9,789 nucleotides of DNA from Candidatus Thorarchaeota archaeon (GCA_048882505.1 JBHLRO010000043.1:1-9789), one strand, 5' to 3'; shown: positions 1 to 7,278, counted from the first letter of the stretch. Translations and numbers: made by a program. Notes: a model not told the origin generated them from the letters alone.

Positions 1-446
1 TGGATATTAACGAGATTAAGAATCAATTGCAGGTATGTTTCTCTTGTGGGACGTGTAGCGGATCCTGTCCCATATTCCGAGTGAATCCAGAAAAGAATCC
101 GCGAAGGTTTATACGGGCGGTATTAGACTCAAGCAATTCCGATATATCAGTGTTGGAAAACTTCGAACCTCTCTGGCTATGTACGACATGCTATGCATGC
201 GAAGACCGGTGTCCTCAAGGGATTAACATCACAACAATGCTTGTAAAACTAAAAAATATAGCTGCTAGACACGGATACGTTCCTGAGTCAGTGAAAGCGG
301 AATTAGAAACAATTATAGCAAACGGGACTACATCTCCCCCTGGTAAGAGTATTTTGATGCGCCGCAAAAAGCTCAGTCTCCCAGATCTTCCTCAACCCGA
401 TCTCCCAGCTATCCAGAAGCTGATCCATCTTACATTAGATGACTAG
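1..446 (+). CDS. hdrC: Heterodisulfide reductase subunit C-like 2x[4Fe-4S] protein (5' end at or beyond the window edge)
   Basis: Two ferredoxin-type motifs, CFSCGTCSGSCP and LWLCTTCYACEDRCPQG, lie directly upstream of an hdrB-like gene. The frame is open back to the window start (GAT at 3-5: DINEIKNQLQVC...), so the TTG at 27 is probably not the true start. The TG at 1-2 could be the end of a start codon. Confidence 0.88.
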   Translation, partial: DINEIKNQLQVCFSCGTCSGSCPIFRVNPEKNPRRFIRAVLDSSNSDISVLENFEPLWLCTTCYACEDRCPQGINITTMLVKLKNIAARHGYVPESVKAELETIIANGTTSPPGKSILMRRKKLSLPDLPQPDLPAIQKLIHLTLDD

Positions 447-458
447 AGAAGATGCCAA

Positions 459-1427
459 ATGTCAGAATCAAATGGTAGATATGCTCTCTTTCTGGGGTGT
501 ACGATACCCTATAAGCTCCCACAGTTGGAAGCGGCGACTCGTTTCGTCATGGAAAAGCTAGGGTTAGAATTCGTGGACCTTCCATTCGGATGTTGTCCCG
601 ATCCAAATGGTATTCATTCCTATAGTGAAGATACCTGGTACACGTTAGCTACGCGTAATCTGGCCCTTGCTGAAGACCAAGGACTAGATATTATTACCTT
701 GTGTAACGGCTGTTATGAAACTCTCCACTATGTAAACCAGAAACTTAAGAACGACCCAAAGAAGCTTGCAAAGATCAATAGTTTGCTTGCAGAAGTGAAT
801 CAGGAATATAAAGCAAGCATTTCTGTCATCCATCTCCATGAATTTCTCCACGAAAAGATCGGATATGATAAACTCAGTCAAATGGTTGTTAATCCTCTGG
901 CAAACTTGCGGTTATCCGTCCATTATGGCTGTCACGCATTACGACCCCAGAGTATTGGCCAACCAGAAAACGCAGAAGCACCCCAATGGTTATGGGAATT
1001 TGTAGAAAACGTCATCCAAGCGGAACCCATTCATTACGTGGATGAAACATTATGTTGCGGAGCAGGTATTCGCGAAATGGATCAAGCGGCATCATTTGAC
1101 ATCACTAAACATAAGATTGTGCAAATGGAGACAGCAGGAGCAAATGCGATCACCGTTCCTTGTCCCACGTGCTTTCTGCAATATGATGGAAGTCAGAAGC
1201 TCATTCTAAGGGATGAATCGGTGGGAACACAGATTGTGGGCACGCCAACATTCTATTTCACGGAACTACTAGCGCTCGCGATGGGGGCGGACCCAAAAGC
1301 AATAGGCATTAATTATCATCTGATGAAACCGGAACAAGGATTACTAAAATCCTCAGAATCCACCTCTGTGGAAACCTCCCCAAAAGAAATCATAACAGTA
1401 ACGACGGGATCTAATCCGAATTCATGA
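459..1427 (+). CDS. hdrB: Heterodisulfide reductase subunit B-like protein (two CCG domains)
   Basis: HdrB cysteine motifs are present in the expected order: LFLGCTIP, GCCPDP, TLCNGC, HYGCH, LCCGAG, VPCPTC. It starts 12 nt after the hdrC stop. Confidence 0.92.
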   Translation: MSESNGRYALFLGCTIPYKLPQLEAATRFVMEKLGLEFVDLPFGCCPDPNGIHSYSEDTWYTLATRNLALAEDQGLDIITLCNGCYETLHYVNQKLKNDPKKLAKINSLLAEVNQEYKASISVIHLHEFLHEKIGYDKLSQMVVNPLANLRLSVHYGCHALRPQSIGQPENAEAPQWLWEFVENVIQAEPIHYVDETLCCGAGIREMDQAASFDITKHKIVQMETAGANAITVPCPTCFLQYDGSQKLILRDESVGTQIVGTPTFYFTELLALAMGADPKAIGINYHLMKPEQGLLKSSESTSVETSPKEIITVTTGSNPNS

Positions 1428-1653
1428 GCAAAACAAAGCCTTGATATATTCTGCGATAAAACGGATATAGCAAGACCCTCTTAAATTCTCCACTTGAGAG
1501 ATGCTACCGATAGATAACTGAAGTGGGGTTGTATTATTTGTTCAGTTCTCACTTTTAAGCGATTTGATCTAGGATCATTTGCAGGAACATTAAGGATTGG
1601 CTCCAAAGGGCGAAAAGAACGAAAAGCTCCCAGAATTATCCTGAGAACAGCTA

Positions 1654-2232
1654 TTAATGTTGAATCCAATGATCCAGAGTAGTTGAATATTGATCAGAAA
1701 TGGATTCATGCGTAAAAGCCTGTCTATATTTCTTTTCTAATGCAAGTAACTCCCTCTTTCTCCACAATCCGCCTCCATAGCCCTGTAGGTCTCCAGTGCT
1801 GCTGATTACGCGGTGGCACGGAATGAGAATTCCGATGTTATTGTCTCCGTTTGCTCTTCCAACTGCTCTAACTGCTGCATCGTTCCCGATTTTTTTTGCG
1901 ATATCATTGTAACTTCTGGTTTCCCCGTATGGTATCGAAAGCAATTGAGCCCAGACGGACATCTGAAAAGGAGTTCCTCGCACGTCCAAGGGGATGGAGA
2001 ATGTGTTACGTAACCCATCGAAATACTCGTTTAGTTCTTCCTGCAGGTTCTGTAATATAGGTGAAGAACCATGGATCAGCGGCATCTTATATCGAGACTG
2101 CATCCTAGAAATGATATTGTTGAGGCTTTTGCGGTCTAAAAATTCAAGGAGACAACAGCCTTTGGATGTAACCCCTCCAATTAAATTTCCCATCCTGCTT
2201 CGGAGAATTTGCCAAGTTATTTTTTCCTTCAT
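1654..2232 (-). CDS. ogt: Methylated-DNA--protein-cysteine methyltransferase (Ogt/AdaB-type O6-alkylguanine alkyltransferase)
   Basis: Active-site motif IPCHRV (Cys139). Also GTPFQMSVW, IPYGETRSY, the arginine finger VRAVG and GYGGGLWRKRELLALE. The N-terminal domain (GCCLLEFLDR) resembles the C-terminal half of bacterial Ada proteins. Confidence 0.95.
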   Translation of the reverse strand: MKEKITWQILRSRMGNLIGGVTSKGCCLLEFLDRKSLNNIISRMQSRYKMPLIHGSSPILQNLQEELNEYFDGLRNTFSIPLDVRGTPFQMSVWAQLLSIPYGETRSYNDIAKKIGNDAAVRAVGRANGDNNIGILIPCHRVISSTGDLQGYGGGLWRKRELLALEKKYRQAFTHESISDQYSTTLDHWIQH

Positions 2233-2778
2233 TTAAATTCCTCTCGGTGAAACACCGTATTCTTTTGAAAATGCGTAGATAAAGCCGTTTACTGAGCTAA
2301 ATCCAACTTGATTCGAGACTTCTTGAACTGAATTTCCTTGTTGGAGCAATATTCTTGCATATGATAATCGAACCTTGCGATGATAAGCCATAGGACTGAT
2401 TTTATGCCTGGATTTGAAATAACGTCTGATTGTAGTAATTTCTGTCCCTGTTAATTTCTCCAATTCCCGCTCCGTAATTTTTCTTGTCTGATTGGTCCTC
2501 ATGAATGCAAGAACTCGTTTAAGCCATTTTGGCTCAACATTAGGGAAAAATTCAGATTTACACCTTTTACATCCCCTATAATTATTCGCTATCGCTTCTT
2601 CACGAGTAGCGTAGAAGGTAACGTTCTTTGGTAATGGAGATTTTGCCTTACATGACGGTAAACAATAAATTTTTGTTGTTTTCACAGCAACCCAGAATTT
2701 CCCATCATAAGTTCCGTCACAGGCTTTTGCGATCCGAAACATGTCTTCAAATGCTAAACCATTTACTTTTTTCATCAT
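2233..2778 (-). CDS. adaA: AdaA-type methylphosphotriester-DNA methyltransferase / AraC-family regulator
   Basis: Ada Zn-binding domain (DGKFWVAVKTTKIYCLPSC...YRGCKRC) with C39/C43/C70/C73, the same spacing as E. coli Ada C38/C42/C69/C72. It is followed by a full two-HTH AraC domain (...VGFSSVNGFIYAFSKEYGVSP). Its TAA abuts the ogt ATG. The start could be 2778 or 2775 (ATGATG). Confidence 0.92.
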   Translation of the reverse strand: MMKKVNGLAFEDMFRIAKACDGTYDGKFWVAVKTTKIYCLPSCKAKSPLPKNVTFYATREEAIANNYRGCKRCKSEFFPNVEPKWLKRVLAFMRTNQTRKITERELEKLTGTEITTIRRYFKSRHKISPMAYHRKVRLSYARILLQQGNSVQEVSNQVGFSSVNGFIYAFSKEYGVSPRGI

Positions 2779-2798
2779 AAACAGCCAATGAATTAATG

Positions 2799-2812
2799 TT
2801 TATAAATTTTTC
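2799..2812 (-). promoter_or_regulatory. Archaeal-type BRE-TATA promoter for adaA-ogt, probably leaderless
   Basis: The minus strand reads GAAAAA-TTTATAAA. The TATA box ends 20 nt before the ATG at 2778, which puts the predicted start site at about the start codon. Confidence 0.65.
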
Positions 2813-3206
2813 AATCCTATTCAGGCTGAGGCCTATCAAATTTCGGGCAGGGAAATTTTACATCTCATATTTCTGATTTCAAATTTAGTCCTCTTTTGGA
2901 ACAGTTAATAAAAAACATATAGTTCATAAAAAGGGTATGTATAACTATTAATGATCTTAAAGAGCTTCTAAACCCTGACTGAATATTATCTTTGTTTTAA
3001 CAGATAAAAGACGCCTTAAGATTTCTCAAGTTGTCCTACATAGTCAGGATTATTAAAACAACAATGTATGATGTCCAACTGAAAAACATATGGAAATCTA
3101 GCAAAAAGCCTTTTAGCTCCGATAAAGCGTAGGAATAGTCTCAAGAAAAGATCAAGGTGAGAAGTAATGATAAATGAGTTGTAAAATGATGATTTCAGGT
3201 GAAGAA

Positions 3207-3221
3207 CGAAAAGTATAATTA
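3207..3221 (+). promoter_or_regulatory. Archaeal-type BRE-TATA promoter for the larA-like gene
   Basis: CGAAAA-G-TATAATTA lies about 45 nt upstream of ATG 3264. No TTGACA-like -35 hexamer is present 17 nt upstream of the TATAAT (that position reads GATTTC). Confidence 0.55.
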
Positions 3222-3252
3222 GAACAGACCGTTATTATTTTCAGAATTTGGT

Positions 3253-3257
3253 AGGTG
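3253..3257 (+). promoter_or_regulatory. Ribosome-binding site (AGGTG)
   Basis: AGGTG lies 6 nt before ATG 3264. This suggests the GTG at 3255 used by the ORF track is part of the SD sequence rather than the start codon. Confidence 0.5.
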
Positions 3258-3263
3258 TTCTCT

Positions 3264-4625
3264 ATGTCGTGGAAAGATATAACTCTCTTGTACGGGGATG
3301 AACCTATTTCTCAGTTTATACCTGCGGATTTAAATGTACACGTTTTGGAACCACCAGGGCTTCCTGAACCAGGTCGAACTTTCACTGACCTTGAAACGCG
3401 ATTTGAGGATATTATCGCTAATCCTGTCGATTCCAAAGCTCTTGAAGAGCTTGTAAAAACTCGGGAGCGATCCAGAGTCATGATTCTGGTAGATGATGCA
3501 ACTCGACCAAATAAACATACCAAAATTCTACTTCCGCTACTTTTTAAGAAATTGATGGAGGATTACAAAGTAAAAAAGGATGATATCAGATTATTGATCG
3601 CTAGTGGATCGCATAGCCCTCCCGCTGATGATTTATTAGAGAATAAGATCCTTGGACCAACAATTTATGCCGCATGGAAAGATCATGTCATGATTCACAA
3701 ACAGGCTGAAAATTGTCGCAATTTAGGGATATCAACCTTAGGAACCCCGATTTGGGTAAACATAGATGTTCTAGAATCAGGATTAATAATAGCGGTGACA
3801 GACAGTGAGTATCATTACTTCGCTGGTGTAGCAGGCACCGTCAAGCAATTTTTTCCAGGGTGTGCAGGTAAGGAGACAATCGCTCGTAATCATCCTCAGA
3901 TGTTTGATAAGGTTCAAGGATTTAAACCTGAATGCCGTCTCGGCAATACCGCAGGAAATCCAGTCATTCAAGACATGATCCAGATGGCGCAGCTTACTAA
4001 AAAAATGGTTCCAGTCTTCTGCATCGATGCCGTGATGAGCGGCGAGGAGATTGTGATGTTGGATGCAGGAGATATTAATTCTCTGCATGAATTACGCCGA
4101 GAAGCGCTAAAACCCCTCCGGGTGGTAGAAGTCGACAGGCCAGCAGATTTGGTGATCGTATCCACAGGTCCTCTAAGCATAAACCTATATCAAGGAGGAA
4201 AGGGGTTCCATGCTGGCTGGAATGCCGTAAAAGAAGGTGGAGATATCTTACTCTTGGCTCGTTGCGACTTAGGGCATGGTAGCCAAAACTTCTATGACAC
4301 AATGCGGGAAATAAATGGAATGGGATTAGATGCCGCACTTTCTAAGGTTATTGAAACCAAGTGTAGTATTGAGACTTTCAAAATAGGCAACCAGAAGGTA
4401 GTTGATTTAATCCGGATCCTCAAAAGGGCTACATGTCATATGATCACAGAAATGGATAAAGAGCAAGTAGAGGATGTTTTTCGAATTAAGTATGTACCCA
4501 GATCAGGAGATGTCCAGACAAGCCTCCGTGCATGGATAGAAAACTTCCGAGAACAGAAAAATCGTGATCCATTGGTGTATGTGTTGCCCGACGCGGGCAA
4601 CTATATTGATGTAAAATCCAGATAG
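3264..4625 (+). CDS. larA: LarA-family nickel-pincer-dependent lactate racemase / alpha-hydroxy-acid epimerase homologue (DUF2088 domain)
   Basis: Motifs ILVDDATRP, IASGSH, EYHYFAGVAGTVKQFFPGCAG, TIARNH and NLYQGGKG match the LarA pattern (D72/R75, H108, H174/K184, H200, K298 in Lactiplantibacillus plantarum numbering). The ORF track start is 3255 (GTG); ATG 3264 is preferred. Substrate is unknown. Confidence 0.85.
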   Translation: MSWKDITLLYGDEPISQFIPADLNVHVLEPPGLPEPGRTFTDLETRFEDIIANPVDSKALEELVKTRERSRVMILVDDATRPNKHTKILLPLLFKKLMEDYKVKKDDIRLLIASGSHSPPADDLLENKILGPTIYAAWKDHVMIHKQAENCRNLGISTLGTPIWVNIDVLESGLIIAVTDSEYHYFAGVAGTVKQFFPGCAGKETIARNHPQMFDKVQGFKPECRLGNTAGNPVIQDMIQMAQLTKKMVPVFCIDAVMSGEEIVMLDAGDINSLHELRREALKPLRVVEVDRPADLVIVSTGPLSINLYQGGKGFHAGWNAVKEGGDILLLARCDLGHGSQNFYDTMREINGMGLDAALSKVIETKCSIETFKIGNQKVVDLIRILKRATCHMITEMDKEQVEDVFRIKYVPRSGDVQTSLRAWIENFREQKNRDPLVYVLPDAGNYIDVKSR

Positions 4626-4628
4626 TCA

Positions 4629-4668
4629 TTTCCCATCTTCCTTTCTTTTTTCTTTTTTCGTTCCCTTA
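4629..4668 (+). terminator. Pyrimidine/oligo-T tract, candidate archaeal-type terminator
   Basis: TTCCCATCTTCCTTTCTTTTTTCTTTTTTCGTTCCCTT directly follows the larA stop, with two T6 runs and no GC hairpin. Confidence 0.5.
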
Positions 4669-4711
4669 CATTCTTGAACAGGCATAGGAAGGGATTAATT
4701 GGAGAGCCCTT

Positions 4712-5296
4712 ATGTCCAACTTCGATATTATGTATCAAGGTACTCCGTTGTGGGATATTGGCCGACCCCAACAATTTCTCGTCGACCTAGCAAGCAAAAA
4801 CTCAATAAAAGATCCAATCTTGGATGTAGGCTGTGGTACGGGAGAAAATACATTATACCTAGCCACCCTGGGATATAACGTAATTGGTATTGATTCGGCA
4901 CCAACTGCAATCGAAAAGGCAAATCGAAAAGCGCAGAATAGGGGAATTAACGCAAATTTCAAAGTTTTCGATGTGTTTAAACTAGATCAGCTTGGAAAAC
5001 GTTTCAATACCGTGATTGACTCAGGACTCTTTCACATATTTTCAGATAGCGAAAGAATCCTTTTTACCAACCAGCTCGCAAAGGTAATTGATTCTGCAGG
5101 AAACTACTATTTCATATGTTTCAGCGAACATGAGCCAGCAGGATGGGGACCAAGACGGGTAACTCAATCGGAAATTTATTCGGTTTTTTCAGCTACGGGT
5201 GTATGGAGGGTCAGATCAATTGATGCGGCTTCTTTCGAGACTAATCGTCCTCAAGGGAAGGTAGCAGCATGGTTTGCATCCATCCTGCGTCTATAG
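4712..5296 (+). CDS. Class I SAM-dependent small-molecule methyltransferase (TPMT-like / mycobacterial Rv0560c-like)
   Basis: Motif I ILDVGCGTG, motif II VIGIDSAPTAI, RFNTVIDSGLFH, and the N-terminal WDIGRPQ signature. GGAG at 4701-4704 precedes the ATG. Confidence 0.85.
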   Translation: MSNFDIMYQGTPLWDIGRPQQFLVDLASKNSIKDPILDVGCGTGENTLYLATLGYNVIGIDSAPTAIEKANRKAQNRGINANFKVFDVFKLDQLGKRFNTVIDSGLFHIFSDSERILFTNQLAKVIDSAGNYYFICFSEHEPAGWGPRRVTQSEIYSVFSATGVWRVRSIDAASFETNRPQGKVAAWFASILRL

Positions 5297-5610
5297 GGCT
5301 AGATTGATGCAAATCAAGCTTGAAATGTACCCATAGAATCTCAATGGGAGTAATTTTTTCCCCGTTTCTGATCCATGAAGTGAATACAAGCCGAGTACGA
5401 CCCGTCACTGGACTTTCTTTTCCTGAATATTGATTTCAGGTGCCAAAAGCGACCAATGAACGGGGTAATGAAGAAAATCCAAAAGAAAACGTGTTTAGCC
5501 GAAATGGTGCTCGCTGAACGTAGTATTGTGGATTACTTGAATAATATCGGGTTCATATTGGTGATAACTACTTAGACTTTTCTCTCCACCTTAACATGAA
5601 CCCTTCTGTA

Positions 5611-5627
5611 TTAATCGTAACGATTAA
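5611..5627. repeat. Perfect 17-bp palindrome, operator-like
   Basis: TTAATCGT-A-ACGATTAA: 8-bp arms around a 1-nt centre, in the intergenic region upstream of the MFS gene. Confidence 0.7.
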
Positions 5628-5794
5628 CGTAAAATTCGGATTTATTCTCTAGACATAGTTAAAAATCATCAGTCGCTGGAGTACTAGAACTTCCTGAAAT
5701 TACTTACTCCAACTGAAACTATGATTACTTACTTAGTTGACAAAAACGTGGCTAGGTTGTAATCATTTTCACCTGCCAGTTGTGCTGAGAATTT

Positions 5795-5807
5795 CAAAGG
5801 TATATAT
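5795..5807 (+). promoter_or_regulatory. Candidate archaeal BRE-TATA promoter for the MFS gene
   Basis: CAAAGG-TATATAT ends 38 nt before the TTG start at 5846. Confidence 0.45.
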
Positions 5808-5845
5808 CCCTCCATTTCCCCCTCATTAACGTCGGACGTGGCACC

Positions 5846-7261
5846 TTGGCGACACATACGGCTACTTCGCATACAGCTAATGCCTATTTGCTTTTCTGGG
5901 CCGGTCAAGTCGTGTCCTTACTTGGTTCAAATATCGTCCAATTTGTAATCATTTGGTGGATTGTTGTAACGTATCTAAATCCAATCTACTTAGCTGTCGC
6001 CTACCTATTAGGAATTGGAGTTCAAGTAGTGTTCATGCCAATTGCTGGAGTATTCGTTGACCGATGGAATAGGAAGTGGATTCTGGGGGTCTCAGATGGA
6101 TTTCAAGCATTAGGTGCCATAGGTTTAATTGGCCTGTTTTTGTTTCGAAATATCCTCACGGGACTTCAACTGTACTGGGGAGTCGTATACGTAATCACTC
6201 TTCGTGGAATTACCGCCTCATTTCATGCACCTGCAGCTGACGCCATCATTCCGCTAATGGTGCCGCGAAGCTATCTTAATAGACTTAATGGAGTTAAATT
6301 CTTCTTTGTAGGCGCAGTGAATATACTCGGACCGGCTCTTGGGGCTATATTCTACGAACTTGCCCCAATTGAGGTTATCATCTGGGTAGATGTCGTAACA
6401 TTTCTTATGGCGATTATACCTCTGTACTTCATAATCATACCCGAACCGCCTCCTAACGGAAATCAGGTTCATGACAAGATTGGTTTTTCGGCAGTAATCC
6501 ATGAATTCCAGGAGGGTATCCACATTCTGCGATCTAACGATGGACTCCTTCCTCTGCTCCTCGTATTTACGGCCATTACCTTATTACAAATACCTATTGC
6601 TGTTCTTGGCCCCATATTCGTATATTCCACTCATTCTGGAACTGTGACTGATTTAGCTTTTGTAGTCATTCTTAGTCAGGTTGGAATGCTGATTTCAGGC
6701 GTGTTTTTGCTGGTTAAGAAAGATTGGAACAAAAAATCGACCGCTATTGTTCTTGCGTTCTATTTTCAGCTATTGGGATACTTTATTCAAGTAATTACTC
6801 CATTGGGAGTCTTTTGGTGGATGGGAATTGGAGCACTAGTTTTTGGATCTATGATTCCCATAGTAGATTCTACATTTAGGACTATACTTCAAACCACGGT
6901 TCCGCCCGATCTACAAGGACGAGTATCGGCTATTGCCGCCTCTGTGGCGGGAGCAACCTTACCTTTTGGTATGCTGGCTTCGGGGCCCCTCGCCGAAATT
7001 TTTGGAACTGTTAACCTTTTCCTCCTTGCAATATTTGCCAGTTTTATTGTAATTACGCTAGCTTGGCTCTTCACGGGGCTTAGTAATCTTGACAAGACGA
7101 TAAGCTGGGAACCAGAAGCCCCTCTTCCAACAGCAGCTGGCCATAGTCCTTCCATCAAAAGCGAGTTGAAAAGATCCATTTCCGAAATATCTGGCTCTGG
7201 TATCGGCCAGCCAATGATGGGATTTACAAAATTGGATGAAGATCTGAAAACCGGAGAATAA
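5846..7261 (+). CDS. MFS transporter, DHA3/MefA-like efflux family
   Basis: About 12 hydrophobic segments, N-terminal LLFWAGQVVSLLGS, MFS motif A GVFVDRWNRKWI, and late-loop QTTVPPDLQGRV. TTG start; the exact start is uncertain. Confidence 0.9.
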   Translation: MATHTATSHTANAYLLFWAGQVVSLLGSNIVQFVIIWWIVVTYLNPIYLAVAYLLGIGVQVVFMPIAGVFVDRWNRKWILGVSDGFQALGAIGLIGLFLFRNILTGLQLYWGVVYVITLRGITASFHAPAADAIIPLMVPRSYLNRLNGVKFFFVGAVNILGPALGAIFYELAPIEVIIWVDVVTFLMAIIPLYFIIIPEPPPNGNQVHDKIGFSAVIHEFQEGIHILRSNDGLLPLLLVFTAITLLQIPIAVLGPIFVYSTHSGTVTDLAFVVILSQVGMLISGVFLLVKKDWNKKSTAIVLAFYFQLLGYFIQVITPLGVFWWMGIGALVFGSMIPIVDSTFRTILQTTVPPDLQGRVSAIAASVAGATLPFGMLASGPLAEIFGTVNLFLLAIFASFIVITLAWLFTGLSNLDKTISWEPEAPLPTAAGHSPSIKSELKRSISEISGSGIGQPMMGFTKLDEDLKTGE

Positions 7262-7278
7262 CCAAACCGCTGGTCCTG

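Noticed and set aside
27-29. TTG start for hdrC given by the ORF track
   Set aside because: The frame is open to the window edge with plausible coding sequence, so the real start is probably at or before position 1.
1481-1669. 62-aa minus-strand ORF overlapping the ogt 3' end
   Set aside because: No recognisable motif, no RBS and a 16-nt out-of-frame overlap. It could be a third small gene of the ada unit, but nothing in the sequence supports that.
684-2236. Short alternative-frame ORFs (684-881, 1806-2018, 1813-2013, 1994-2236)
   Set aside because: They lie within or antisense to well-supported genes and have no motifs. The Cys-rich 1813-2013 ORF is an antisense shadow of ogt.
2974-3047. 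Possible structured RNA: CCTGACT...AGTCAGG arms enclosing a TTATC/GATAA hairpin
   Set aside because: The arms are only 7 bp and the inner stem is short and AT-rich. It does not resemble any riboswitch or ncRNA family I recognise and is compatible with chance.
3124-3131. AAAGCGTA, resembling the E. coli Ada box AAAGCGCA
   Set aside because: It has one mismatch in 8 bp, lies about 350 nt from the adaA start, and lacks the AAT-N6-GCAA geometry.
3311-4962. Minus-strand ORFs inside larA and the methyltransferase
   Set aside because: Antisense shadows of strongly supported genes, with no domain signatures.
5375-5575. Possible pseudogene: MK-stop-IQAEYDPSLDFLFLNI..., faintly like the DUF2283 YDPEADxLYI motif
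   Set aside because: The similarity is limited to about 10 residues, the rest does not fit the family pattern, and an in-frame TGA follows codon 2. A translated profile search of 5297-5845 would be needed to revive it.
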